From positions 2,432,001 to 2,496,000 of the forward strand of contig OZ219856.1 of the NCBI GenBank assembly GCA_964291395.2: 64,000 nucleotides of DNA, read 5' to 3'. The notes under the pieces are model-generated. The model saw nothing but the letters and a program-made list of their open reading frames with translations. It was not told the DNA's origin and made no database searches. This DNA is from Alphaproteobacteria bacterium. GTDB taxonomy: Bacteria; Pseudomonadota; Alphaproteobacteria; UBA2966. The first letter of the stretch is position 1, and the number at the start of each line of letters is the position of its first letter. Below, in pieces: positions 50,949 through 61,857 of this stretch. Position numbers and translations under genes: made by a program.

Positions 50949-51917
50949 ATGCGCATCTCGGCCAGTACGGCCGTAGCCGCCGGAACGATCGTGGCGCTCG
51001 CGATCGTGCCGCCGATCACGAACGCCCTGCAGGAACCCTTCTATCTCGGCCTCTTTCTCCGGTTGATGATCCTCGCCATCGCCGCCATCAGCCTCAACCT
51101 CATCCTCGGCTTCGGCAACATGGTGAGCTTCGGCCATGCCGCCTACATGGGCATCGGCGCCTACGTCGTCGGCATCGGCACCTTTCACGCCATCGAGGAC
51201 GGCATCGACTGGCTGGCCAACGGCTTTCTGCACGTGCCGCTCGCCGTCGCCGCCTCGTCGCTGGCGGCGCTGGTCATCGGCGCCATCAGCATCCGCACGC
51301 GCGGCGTCTACTTCATCATGATCACACTGGCCTTCGGGCAGATGCTCTACTTCATCGGCGTCGGCCTCGAAGTCTACGGCGCCGACGACGGACTCTCCCT
51401 CTACATGCGGAGCGAATTCGGGGGCGTCCTCGACATCAACGACAACACCCAGTTCTACTACCTCGTCCTCGCCCTGCTGCTCGCCACCCTCTACGGGGTG
51501 AAGCGCCTGGTCGCCTCGCGCTTCGGCCTGGTGATCCGTGGCGCCCGGTCCAACGAGCGCCGCCTCGCCGCGGTCGGCATCCCGGTTTACCGCTACAAGC
51601 TCGTGGCCTTCATGGTGGCCGGCGCGATCTGCGGCGTCGCCGGCGTGCTGCTCGCCAACCGTACGGATTTCGTGAGCCCCGACATGATGCATTGGACCCG
51701 CTCCGGCGACCTCATCATCATGGTCGTACTGGGCGGCATGGGCACCCTGTTCGGCCCCCTCTACGGTGCCGTCGCCTTCCTGCTCGTCGAGGAGTTCCTC
51801 TCCGGCATCACCGAGCACTGGCAGATCGTCTTCGGCCCGTTGCTGGTTCTAGTGGTGATCTACGCCCGCGGCGGCATCGCGGGCGCCGTGCGCACCCTGG
51901 AGCGCCGCCGTGAGTGA
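50949..51917 (+). CDS. livM: Liv-type ABC permease LivM
   Basis: SLNLILGFGNMVSFGHAAY, GVYFIMITLAFGQM, MVVLGGMGTL.GP. Confidence 0.88.
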   Translation: MRISASTAVAAGTIVALAIVPPITNALQEPFYLGLFLRLMILAIAAISLNLILGFGNMVSFGHAAYMGIGAYVVGIGTFHAIEDGIDWLANGFLHVPLAVAASSLAALVIGAISIRTRGVYFIMITLAFGQMLYFIGVGLEVYGADDGLSLYMRSEFGGVLDINDNTQFYYLVLALLLATLYGVKRLVASRFGLVIRGARSNERRLAAVGIPVYRYKLVAFMVAGAICGVAGVLLANRTDFVSPDMMHWTRSGDLIIMVVLGGMGTLFGPLYGAVAFLLVEEFLSGITEHWQIVFGPLLVLVVIYARGGIAGAVRTLERRRE

Positions 51918-52662
51918 GCCGATCCTGCAACTCCGGGACTTGACCAAGCGCTTCGGGGGCCTGATAGCGACAGATTCCGTCACCTTCGACGTCGCCGAGG
52001 GCGAGATCCACGCCGTCATCGGCCCGAACGGCGCCGGCAAGACCACGCTCGTCGGCCAGATCAGCGGCGAGATCCGACCCGACCGGGGCCAGATCCTCTT
52101 CGCCGGCCAGCCGATCACCCGCAGTCCGGTCCACGCCCGCTCGCTGCTCGGTATCGCACGGTCGTTTCAGATCACCAGCGTGTTCCCCGACTTCACAGTG
52201 ACGGCCAACGTGGCTCTCGCCGTCCAGGCCCATGCCGGTCACTCGTTCCGCTTCTGGACGGATGCGACGCGCGACGGCACGCTTCTCGCGCCCGCCGCCC
52301 AATACCTCGAGCTCGTCGGCCTGACCGGCCGGGCCAGCGACGTGGCCGCGACGCTAAGCCACGGCGAGCACCGCCAGCTCGAGCTCGCCATGGCACTGGC
52401 GACGGAACCCAAGCTGCTGCTACTCGACGAACCCACCGCCGGCGTGGGAGGCGACGAGTCCGCCCGCATGGTCGAGCTGCTGCAGAGCTTCAAGGGCCGC
52501 TTCACGATGTTGCTCATCGAGCACGACATGGACGCGGTCTTCGCGCTGGCCGACCGCATCACCGTGCTCGATTCGGGCCGCATCCTGGCGAGCGGCGCGC
52601 CCGGCGAGATCCGTGCCGACCCCGGCGTCCGTCAAGCCTATCTGGGGGACGCGGAGACATGA
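51910..52662 (+). CDS. livG: Liv-type ABC ATP-binding protein LivG
   Basis: KRFGGL, GPNGAGKTT, ARSFQIT, LSHGEHR, LLDEPTAG, IEHDMD, VRQAYLG. Confidence 0.9.
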   Translation: MSEPILQLRDLTKRFGGLIATDSVTFDVAEGEIHAVIGPNGAGKTTLVGQISGEIRPDRGQILFAGQPITRSPVHARSLLGIARSFQITSVFPDFTVTANVALAVQAHAGHSFRFWTDATRDGTLLAPAAQYLELVGLTGRASDVAATLSHGEHRQLELAMALATEPKLLLLDEPTAGVGGDESARMVELLQSFKGRFTMLLIEHDMDAVFALADRITVLDSGRILASGAPGEIRADPGVRQAYLGDAET

Positions 52663-52839
52663 CGGTCCGGCCTCGCCAGCCAATGGGTGCGCCGCGTTGC
52701 GAACCGATGTATTGAACGAGACGACCTCCCCTTACTTTCCTGCCCCTACGGCGGCTCAAATCGGGCCTGAACCGCCATGGCACGCCCACGCGAACGGATG
52801 GGTGCAAACAATTCGACCGACCACCGACCCTCGCACACG

Positions 52840-52868
52840 TTGCCAGAAGCCCGCAGCGATACCATAGT
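52840..52868 (+). promoter_or_regulatory. Putative sigma70 promoter of hcrCAB
   Basis: TTGCCA-17 nt-CATAGT, 22 nt upstream of the hcrC ATG. Confidence 0.5.
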
Positions 52869-52890
52869 CTGGATGTCCGGAGGCCAGCGT

Positions 52891-53360
<470 letters not shown>

Positions 53361-53364
<4 letters not shown>

Positions 53365-55673
53365 ACGAAACCCGGCCGGTCGCCGCCTCGATCGGCGTAC
53401 CCATGCCGCTCGTGGACGGCCCCGACAAAGTCAGCGGACGGGCCCGATTCGCTGCCGACTACGGCTTCCGGCAGACGCTCGTGGGCCGCGTACGTCGGAG
53501 CCCGGCGGCTCATGCCCGTATCAAGCGCATCGACACCTCCAAGGCCGAGACGCTGGCGGGCGTCCGGGCCGTCGTCACCGGCGCCGACGTCGCCGCCTCC
53601 TACGGCGTCCTGCCCATTGCCATGAACGAGCATGCGCTCGCCAAGGATCGAGTGCGGTACCGTGGCGAGCCCGTGGCCGCCGTCGCCGCCGTCGACGTCG
53701 AGACTGCGGCCGAGGCCCTCGACCTGATCGAAATCGAATACGAAGAGCTTCCCGCCTACTTCAACGCCGCCGCGGCCCGCGCCGGCGATGCCCTGCGGCT
53801 CCACGACGACAAGCCTGGCAACATCGAACGCGACGTGCATTTCGAGCTCGGCGACGTGGCAGGGCAGTTCGCCATAGCCGACCTAGTCCGTGAGGAAACC
53901 TACCGCAACGCCGAGGTCTGCCAGGTCCAGAGCGAGCCCCACGCCGTCTTCGCCGAGTATGACGCCGAACGCAACCGCCTGACCGTGCGGCCCAGCACCC
54001 AGGTGCCCTACTACGTCCACCTGATGCTGGCGCGCACCATGAACATGGACCAGTCGCGCATCCGCGTCATCAAGCCCCATATCGGTGGCGGCTTCGGCTG
54101 CCGCACCGAGACCCTGAACACCGAGCTGATCTGCGGTCTGCTCGCGCGCAAGGCGGGCGGCGCCGTGCGCCTGGTGTCGTCCCGCGAGGAAACCTTCGTC
54201 ACCCACCGCGGCCGCCCGGAGACGGACACCCGCCTCAGGATCGGCATGATGAAGGACGGGCGCATCACCGCCGTTGAATGCGAGGTCGTGCAGCGCGGCG
54301 GCGCCTACAGCGGTTATGGCATCGTCACCATCCTCTACGCCGGCTCGTTGATCTACGCCCTCTACGACATCGAGAACGTGAAGTATGACGGCTATCGCGT
54401 GCTGACCAACACGCCGCCGTGCGGCGCCATGCGCGGTCACGGTACGGTCAACACCCGCTTCGCCTTCGAGAGCTTAGTTGATGCGATGGCCCACGAGCTC
54501 GGTCTCGATCCCTTCGAGGTGCGCCGCAAGAACCTCATCCAGGCGCCGACCATAACCGCCAACGATCTCCTGGTGAACAGCTACGGCATCCCGCAATGTC
54601 TTGACTGGACGGAGAAAGCCAGCGGTTGGCGTGAGCGCAAAGGCAAGCTCGGTCCCAACCGCGGTCTCGGCATGGCGTGCTCCCATTATGTCAGCGGCGC
54701 CTCGCGTCCCAAGCACTGGACCGGTGAGCCCCACGCGACGGTCAATTTGAAGGTGGATTTCGACGGCTCCGTCACCATCCTCACCGGGGCCGCGGAAATC
54801 GGCCAGGGCTCGTCTACCGTGCTCGCCCAATGCGTGGCCGAAACTCTCGGCGTGGACTTCGGCCGCATCCGCGTCATCGCCAGCGACAGCGCCATGACAC
54901 CCAAGGACAACGGTTCCTATTCATCCCGCGTGACCTACATGGTCGGCAACGCTGCCATCGAGGCGGCCCAGAAGCTGCGCGGTATCCTCACCGAGGCCGC
55001 AGCCCGCAAGCTCGAGGTCCGGTCCCAAGACGTCGAGTGCCTGGGTGAGACCTATCGCGGCGGCAGCCAGGATCAGGGCCTGACCTTCGAGGACGTCGTC
55101 GGGGAGGCGCTGGTGGACTCCGGCACCATCACCGTGAAGGGCACCTACTCTACCCGGCCCGAATCCCACGGCGGCAAGAAGTACCGCGGCGCCGCCATCG
55201 GCGGCACCATGGCGTTCAGCTATGCGGCCCAGGTGGTCGAAGTCAGCGTCGACCCGGACACGGGCGAGATCACGGTGGAGAAGGTGTGGGTGGCCCACGA
55301 CTGCGGCAAGGCCCTCAATCCCCTTGCCGTCGAAGGCCAAGTGGAGGGCTCGGTGTGGATGGGCCTGGGCCAGGCGATGAGCGAGGAGACCCGTTATCAC
55401 GACGGCCTCGCGATCACCGGCAACATGCTCGACTACCGTGTGCCGACGATCGTCGAGTCGCCGCCGATCGAGGTCGGCCTCATCGAATGTGCCGACCCGT
55501 ATGGCCCGTTCGGCGCCAAGGAAGCGGGGGAAGGATCCCTGTCGGGATTCCTGCCGGCGATGACCAACGCCGTGGCCGACGCCATCGGCGTGCGGGCGAC
55601 GGAATTGCCGCTGACGCCCGAGCGGCTGCTCGGACTGCTGGAAAAGACGGCGCGCGGCCGCGCGGCGGCTTGA
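53361..55673 (+). CDS. hcrA: 4-hydroxybenzoyl-CoA reductase-like alpha (Mo-MCD) subunit
   Basis: Xanthine-oxidase-family large subunit with HcrA blocks [53 protein letters not shown]; ATGA overlap with hcrC. Confidence 0.88.
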
Positions 55674-55680
55674 CGACACC

Positions 55681-56658
55681 ATGGAGTATCTCCCCACCTT
55701 GCACGTCCATCGACCGACGACGGCGGAAGAAGCTGTCGCCGTGCGGGCCAACCATGCGAGTGCGCGCTACCTCGCGGGCGGCACCGACATGGTCGTTAAT
55801 ATCCGTCGCGGGATCGAACAGCCGGAACATCTCATCGACCTCTCGGACATCGAAGAGCTGGGCAGCATTCAAGCGTCGGCGAACGGCTTCCGCATCGGCG
55901 CGGGCTCGACGTTGAAGGACCTCGCCGACGACCGCGACATCCGCCGGGTATATGCGGCGATCAGCGAGGCCGCTGAGTCGGTCGCGGGACCGACCCACCG
56001 GTCCTACGGAACGGTCGGCGGCAACCTCTGCCTGGACACTCGCTGCCTCTACTACAACCAGAGCGAATGGTGGCGCGACAGCAACGACTTCTGCCTCAAG
56101 CTCAAGGGTGACGTCTGCCACGTCGCGCCCGGCGGTTCGTTCTGCTTCGCGGCGTTCAGCGGCGATCTCGCGCCCGCCCTGATGGTCTACGACGCGGAGG
56201 CCGAGCTGCTCGGGCCGGATGGCTGCCGACGGACGCCTCTTGCCGACCTTTATCGCGGCGACGGTATGGATCATCTGACGCTGAAGGCGGGCGAACTACT
56301 CGTGGCAGTTCACCTGCCGCCACCCGACGGTGACGGCGGGTCGGGCTACGCCAAGTCACGCGTTCGCGGCGCCATCGATTTCCCGCTCGCCGGGGTCGCG
56401 GTACGGTTGGGCCTGAGCTCCGGCAAGGCACGCACGCTTGCCGTGGCGCTGACGGCTGTCGCCCCACGGCCACACCTCGTCGAAGGCTCGGAGGAATTGA
56501 AAGGGCGGCACGTCGACGACGCGTGGCTCGACGACCTGCGGGATCTGGTCAGGGCGCAGGCCTCTCCGATGCGGACGACGACGACCAAGCCCTGGTATCG
56601 GCGCCGTGTCGCCGGCGCCCTCGCCGCCAAGGTCGCCAGGCGAATCGCGGAGGGATGA
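55681..56658 (+). CDS. hcrB: 4-hydroxybenzoyl-CoA reductase-like beta (FAD, [4Fe-4S]) subunit
   Basis: LAGGTD; HcrB-specific [4Fe-4S] loop LDTRC.YYNQSEWWR.SN.FCLK..GD.CHVAP....C. Confidence 0.9.
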   Translation: MEYLPTLHVHRPTTAEEAVAVRANHASARYLAGGTDMVVNIRRGIEQPEHLIDLSDIEELGSIQASANGFRIGAGSTLKDLADDRDIRRVYAAISEAAESVAGPTHRSYGTVGGNLCLDTRCLYYNQSEWWRDSNDFCLKLKGDVCHVAPGGSFCFAAFSGDLAPALMVYDAEAELLGPDGCRRTPLADLYRGDGMDHLTLKAGELLVAVHLPPPDGDGGSGYAKSRVRGAIDFPLAGVAVRLGLSSGKARTLAVALTAVAPRPHLVEGSEELKGRHVDDAWLDDLRDLVRAQASPMRTTTTKPWYRRRVAGALAAKVARRIAEG

Positions 56659-56687
56659 GTTCAAGCGATCTTCATTTTGCACAACCC

Positions 56688-57116
56688 TCACTTCACCCAG
56701 GCGCAGCCGCGGTCCCGCGCAAGCGCGCGGGCATAGTCGTCGATCTCGGCGGCGCGCCGATACCACTCACAACCGAGAAGCCCGTATGCCTTGCGTCGGC
56801 TTTCCGACAGACCCTTGTCTGCTGTACGATCCCAGTAGGCGTCGGCCAGCAAAACCGCGGCGATCGTGTTTCCGGCGTAAGCCGCCCACCTATGCCAAGA
56901 CAGACTGAGCGCCGGCTCATCGCCTGCCGCCTCTTGCGCCAACACCAACGCTTCATTGGTCGTGAGGCCTTGCGGCACCGTCCCCGAAAACGCCCGATTG
57001 GCCTCGGTCTCCGACCTCTGCAGGTTCCTGAGAGCTCGCTCGACGGAGATCTCCGCCTCCGTCGGTGCGCCCAACAGGAATACGAGCAATGCCACCCCCA
57101 GCACTGCCCAACTCAC
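56688..57116 (-). CDS. Hypothetical secreted protein with Sel1-like repeat features
   Basis: Hydrophobic signal ending TEA; WHRWAAYAGN..A...LA..Y and CEWYRRAAE resemble Sel1 repeats; start uncertain. Confidence 0.5.
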   Translation of the reverse strand: MSWAVLGVALLVFLLGAPTEAEISVERALRNLQRSETEANRAFSGTVPQGLTTNEALVLAQEAAGDEPALSLSWHRWAAYAGNTIAAVLLADAYWDRTADKGLSESRRKAYGLLGCEWYRRAAEIDDYARALARDRGCAWVK

Positions 57117-57144
57117 GCGCCGGTTTGCCCGGCGGCGCTTTTTC

Positions 57145-58647
57145 TCATTCGCGATATTGATCGCGCAGAACATTCTTTCTGACCTTGCCCACGGCGGTTT
57201 TCGGCAGCGCGTCAACCAGTTCGACGACGCGTGGCACCTTGTGAGCGCCCAATCGTGCCACGCAGAATTCGAGGATATACCGTTCCAAGGGAAGGGTTTT
57301 CGCCCGACACACCACGTGCGCCGCCGGCACCTCTCCCAATCGGGAATCCGGGATGGCGAATACCGCACATTCCTCGACACCGGGAACCCGATGGATCACG
57401 TTCTCGATCTCTGTCGGGTAGATGTTCGCGCCGCCCGAGATGATGACGTCGCGAGCCCGGTCAACGAGGGTGACGAATCCGTCTTCATCCATCCGCGCGA
57501 TGTCGCCGGTGGCCACCCACCCGTCCCCATACCTGTAGAGTTCTTCTGTTTCCCGGGAAGCGCCCAGATATTCGGTCAGAACGCCCGGACCCCGCACGCA
57601 GAGCTCCCCCGGATCTCCGGGCGCGGCCACCGCGCCGCCCGTGGACATCACACAAACTTCGACGCCGTCGATAGCCCTCCCGACACTTCCCGCCTTGGCC
57701 GGGAGATCCGCCGCGCGCCGGACCGTGACCGAGCCGAGTTCCGACTGACCGTAATTCTCGACGAGCTCGATCCACGGCAACGTTTCGCCTGCCCGATCGA
57801 TTACCGCGGCCGGTATGGGAGCCCCCGCGTGGACGATGCGCCGAAGCGATTTTAGGCGTTCCGGCGAGAACTTCTCATGGTTCAACAGATCGATCAGTTG
57901 CGTCGGCACCATCATCACGGCACTGATCTCGAACCGCTCGGCCAGTTCCATGAACTCGACCGGATTCCAGACGCGCTGCAGCACGCAGGTCGCGCCGATG
58001 GAGATCGCCGGCTGAAACCACACCAGGAGTCCGGCCACATGGAACAGAGGCGTCACGGCGCAAGTGACATCATCCGGCGAGAGGTCAAAGCTACGCGCGA
58101 TCGCGTTCGCCATGCCGCAACGCGACCCGTGGCTGACCAGAACACCTTTGGGCGCACCCGTGGTGCCGCCCGAGTACGTCACACACAACGGATGATCGGC
58201 CGAGAGTCGGGGAAAATTCACGTCGAGCACCGACGGCTCCAGAAATTCGTCGAGTCCGCCGACGAGAACAACCCGTTCCACTTCGTGTCCCGCGGCTTCG
58301 CAAGCGGCCTGGGCCGTAGCGCTCGAGGCATCGTCGTGAAAGAGCAGCCGGGCCTTGGTCTGGGCCAGGACGGTCGCAACCTCCTCTGATGTGCTCCGGA
58401 CCGACATGTGCGCGGGAATCACCCCCGCCCGCGCTGCGCCGAAATGCAGCGCGGCATATTCCGGGCAGTTCCGGCTGAGGACTCCCACGAAGGTTCCGCG
58501 TGCGATCCCGGCCCTCAGCAATGATGCCCCGAAGCGATCGGCGATGGCTTCAAGTTCGGCGTAACCGATCGTTCGATCAAGGCTCACGACGGCCGCCTTT
58601 CCCGAAGCTCGGGCTGCGGCTTGGGAAAGAAGTTCGCTCGCGAGAAT
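57145..58647 (-). CDS. Acyl/aryl-CoA ligase (AMP-binding family)
   Basis: YSGGTTGAPKG, YGQSE, TGDIA, DRARDVIISGGANIYP.EIE, LPKTAVGK; frame open upstream of GTG 58587 to ATT 58647 with ligase-like ELLSQAAARASGKAAVV. Confidence 0.88.
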   Translation of the reverse strand: MLASELLSQAAARASGKAAVVSLDRTIGYAELEAIADRFGASLLRAGIARGTFVGVLSRNCPEYAALHFGAARAGVIPAHMSVRSTSEEVATVLAQTKARLLFHDDASSATAQAACEAAGHEVERVVLVGGLDEFLEPSVLDVNFPRLSADHPLCVTYSGGTTGAPKGVLVSHGSRCGMANAIARSFDLSPDDVTCAVTPLFHVAGLLVWFQPAISIGATCVLQRVWNPVEFMELAERFEISAVMMVPTQLIDLLNHEKFSPERLKSLRRIVHAGAPIPAAVIDRAGETLPWIELVENYGQSELGSVTVRRAADLPAKAGSVGRAIDGVEVCVMSTGGAVAAPGDPGELCVRGPGVLTEYLGASRETEELYRYGDGWVATGDIARMDEDGFVTLVDRARDVIISGGANIYPTEIENVIHRVPGVEECAVFAIPDSRLGEVPAAHVVCRAKTLPLERYILEFCVARLGAHKVPRVVELVDALPKTAVGKVRKNVLRDQYRE

Positions 58648-58695
58648 GACGGGCTATCCGGCGGCGTGAAAGACGGTGATATCGGGTTCGTGTGC

Positions 58696-59310
58696 CTATT
58701 TGCAACGCCGAACGACGCGTAGCGGCGGGGGTTCCCCGTCCCGGGGTTCTCCCCAGCGCCGCGCCAACCCGGCATCGATATCGAACAAGTCCAATGCACG
58801 CCCTACGGTGTGATCGACGATGTCATCGACCGTTTCCGGACGGGCGTAAAAAGCCGGCACGGGCGGCATGATCACGGCGCCGATTTCGCTGAGCGCCAAC
58901 ATGGTGCGGAGGTGGCCCGTGTGAAGCGGCGTCTCCCGCACGAGCAGGACAAGCCGCCGCCGTTCCTTCAGCGTGACGTCGGCGGACCGGGTCAAGAGGT
59001 TGGACGTCGCGCCCGTGGCGATCGCGGACATGGATCGAATGGAGCAAGGCGCGATGATCATGCCGTGCGCCGGAAAGGAACCGCTGGCCGTGGCCGCCCC
59101 GATGTCCTTCACGGAATAGCTCACATCTGCAAGCGCCCGGACGTCGGCGACCTTGCCGCCGGTTTCGTGCGCGAGGGTCACTTCGGCGGACTGGCTCATG
59201 ATGAGATGAGTTTCGACCGCAAGCGGCCTCAATGCCTCCAGCAGCCGGACGCCGAACACGGTGCCGGATGCACCGCTTATTCCAACGATAAGCCGTTTCG
59301 GTTGCGACAT
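58696..59310 (-). CDS. ubiX: Flavin prenyltransferase UbiX
   Basis: RLIVGISGASG, ASGSF, APCS, NLLTRSADVTLKERRRLVLLVRETPLH, PPVPAFY; start at MSQPKR. Confidence 0.93.
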   Translation of the reverse strand: MSQPKRLIVGISGASGTVFGVRLLEALRPLAVETHLIMSQSAEVTLAHETGGKVADVRALADVSYSVKDIGAATASGSFPAHGMIIAPCSIRSMSAIATGATSNLLTRSADVTLKERRRLVLLVRETPLHTGHLRTMLALSEIGAVIMPPVPAFYARPETVDDIVDHTVGRALDLFDIDAGLARRWGEPRDGEPPPLRVVRRCK

Positions 59311-59428
59311 CCGCAGTTTCGACCCCTCGCTTCTCCCAAGCTCCGATGGCGGCCCAGGAGCAGGCGGCAAACCATATCCCCGGCCGGTCGCTCCGGGCAA
59401 CCGGCACACAGGGCCGCTGCCCTATTCC

Positions 59429-60739
59429 TCAACCGTCCTGGGAAAGCGCCCCCAACATCTCGTCGATGGAGACGAACTTGCGCCGAGGGGCACCTCGGGG
59501 CGCGTTGGCGATCTCGATCGCCTCGATCGACTTCCAGTCGTCGAAACTGACCCGCCGTATCCGGCGCTCGGCCAGGAGCGACTCCAATCCCGCGCGACCG
59601 GACTTGCCGCCTTCCCGAATGTTCTCGACGATCTGGCCGACCACCGTGACCGCATCATTCCGGTTGGTCGAGATCACGCCGGTCGAACCGCGCATGACCC
59701 AGCCCACGGCATAGACGTTGTCCTCGACCCAACCATCTTGATTGACGACGATCCCCTGCTTGTCGTCAAAGGGCACGCCATCCACGGCTTCGGACCGTGA
59801 ACCGATGGCGGCGACAACCAGACCGCAGGGGATCTCGAAATGCTCACCGGTTCCGACCGTGCGTCCGTCCTCCAGCCGCGTCCGTTCGAATTTCACCACC
59901 TCGACCCGTCCGTCCCCCAGGATCTCCACCGGTGACGAGAAGAACCGAAAGTGGACACGCTTGGCCTTCGCTTCTGGATCCATCTCAGTGAACCCACGCA
60001 ACGTCCCCAGATTCTTTTCGCGCAGGCGGCGGTCGCGGTCCGACCAGTCTCCTCCGACCTCGTCGGGCAAGATGCCGGGATCAACGACGGGCGCGCAGAT
60101 CTCCAGTTCACCCATCTCGCGTAACTCGACGTTCGTGAACTTCGCCTCGACAGGCCCGCGCCGACCGCACATGTGGACCTCCGTCAGGGGCGAATCCTGT
60201 ATCGCGCTGACCGCGTATTCCGGCAGATCCGAGTGAGCCATTTCCTCGGCCGTCTTGACGAGCACGCGGGCCACGTCGATGGCGACGTTGCCGTTGCCGA
60301 CGATCACGGCATCAGTAGCGTCGAGATCGGGATCGAGATCCCGGCAATCGGGATGCCCGTTGTACCAGTTGACGAATTCCACGGAACCGTAAACGCCGTC
60401 GAGATCCTCCCCAGGGATACCGAGCCGCTTGTCCAGGCGTGCACCCACCGCCAGGACCACGACGTCGTACAAGGATTTCAGCTCGCCCAGGGTGATATCG
60501 CGACCGAGTTCCACGTTCCCGAAATACTGAACCTCCTCCCGTGTCGCCGTCTTTTCGAAGGCGCGTGACACGTTCTTGGTCGTTTGGTGATCCGGCGCCA
60601 CGCCGTAACGGATCAATCCGTAAGGCGCAGGGATCCTGTCGACGATATCGATCTCATAGCTCTGTCCGGTCTTCAGGAGGACATCCGCCGTGTAAAACCC
60701 GCTGGGCCCCGCCCCGATGATAGCTACAGATACCGTCAT
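59429..60739 (-). CDS. Ferredoxin/adrenodoxin-NADP+ reductase-like flavoprotein (FprA/AdR family)
   Basis: IGAGPSGFYTA, PYGLIRYGVAPDH, FVNWYNGHP, GNGNVAIDVAR, GRRGP, YAVGW. Confidence 0.88.
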   Translation of the reverse strand: MTVSVAIIGAGPSGFYTADVLLKTGQSYEIDIVDRIPAPYGLIRYGVAPDHQTTKNVSRAFEKTATREEVQYFGNVELGRDITLGELKSLYDVVVLAVGARLDKRLGIPGEDLDGVYGSVEFVNWYNGHPDCRDLDPDLDATDAVIVGNGNVAIDVARVLVKTAEEMAHSDLPEYAVSAIQDSPLTEVHMCGRRGPVEAKFTNVELREMGELEICAPVVDPGILPDEVGGDWSDRDRRLREKNLGTLRGFTEMDPEAKAKRVHFRFFSSPVEILGDGRVEVVKFERTRLEDGRTVGTGEHFEIPCGLVVAAIGSRSEAVDGVPFDDKQGIVVNQDGWVEDNVYAVGWVMRGSTGVISTNRNDAVTVVGQIVENIREGGKSGRAGLESLLAERRIRRVSFDDWKSIEAIEIANAPRGAPRRKFVSIDEMLGALSQDG

Positions 60740-60833
60740 GACCCCACGTGCTCGCTCGTCAGGCTGAAGTTCCGGTCGAAGGTGATAACCGTCGATACGT
60801 CAGGCGATCGCGAACCGCGATGCCCTCGAGGAG

Positions 60834-61856
60834 CTAGACCGTCCAGGTGTGACCCCGGCGCAGATACTCGTTCAGATCCGCATCGGGGATGCGATCCTTG
60901 GCTTCCTGCACCTGTGCCAGGACGTTGTCATCATAGGTCTCTGCCGGACTGCAATACAGCACGCCCAGCGCCACGGGATCGTCGGGCGGCTCCATGCTCG
61001 CAAGCATTCTGGCAAGCGTCGGATTGGTCTCGTCGTGCACCATGATGTCGGACTCGGTGACGCCGTCCTCGCCGATGGTGACGACATCCAGAGACATGGT
61101 GCCGGGATTGACCTTCAGGCCCTTGTCCAGGTTTGCGCCGAAGATTAGCGGCTCGCCGTGGGCCACGTGAATCTGCCGGTCGGGGGCGACATCCTTGGCT
61201 GTGAACTCGGCGAACACGTCGTCATTGTAGACGATGCAGTTCTGCAGGATTTCGACGAACGACGTTCCCTGGTGCTCGTGCGCCCGACGGAAGACTTCGG
61301 GCAGATGCTTCTGCTGAGTATCAACGGAACGGGCGACGAACCGGGCACCGGCACCGAGCGCCAGTTCGCAGGCCGAGACAGGGCTTTCCACCGATCCTAG
61401 GGGCGTCGACGGTGAACGGGTGCCGACTCTCGAAGTGGGCGAGTACTGCCCCTTGGTCAGGCCGTAGATCTCATTGTTGAACAACAGGAACTGCAGGTTG
61501 ACGTTGCGCCGCAACAGATGGAGAAGATGATTCCCGCCGATCGACAGGGCATCGCCGTCGCCCGACGCCACCCAGATGTCGAGGCCGGGATTGGCGAGTT
61601 TGATGCCGGTCGAGATGGCCGCCGCGCGACCGTGGATCGTGTGAAAACCGTAGGTCGACATGTAGTACGGGAACCGGGCGGCACAGCCGATCCCCGACAC
61701 GAACACCGTCGACTCCCGCTTGGCGCCGATATCGGCCAGAGTCTTCTGCATCGCCTTGATGATGGCGTAATCACCACAGCCGGGACACCATCGAACTTCC
61801 TGGTCGGACGCGAAGTCCTTCGGCTTGAGCGGCTCGATTTTTGCTTCGACGTTCAT
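60834..61856 (-). CDS. korB: 2-oxoacid:ferredoxin oxidoreductase beta subunit
   Basis: WCPGCGD, SGIGC, HTIHGR, TPP motif GDGDALSIGGNH...NNEIYGLTKGQYSPT. Confidence 0.92.
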   Translation of the reverse strand: MNVEAKIEPLKPKDFASDQEVRWCPGCGDYAIIKAMQKTLADIGAKRESTVFVSGIGCAARFPYYMSTYGFHTIHGRAAAISTGIKLANPGLDIWVASGDGDALSIGGNHLLHLLRRNVNLQFLLFNNEIYGLTKGQYSPTSRVGTRSPSTPLGSVESPVSACELALGAGARFVARSVDTQQKHLPEVFRRAHEHQGTSFVEILQNCIVYNDDVFAEFTAKDVAPDRQIHVAHGEPLIFGANLDKGLKVNPGTMSLDVVTIGEDGVTESDIMVHDETNPTLARMLASMEPPDDPVALGVLYCSPAETYDDNVLAQVQEAKDRIPDADLNEYLRRGHTWTV

Positions 61857-61857
61857 G

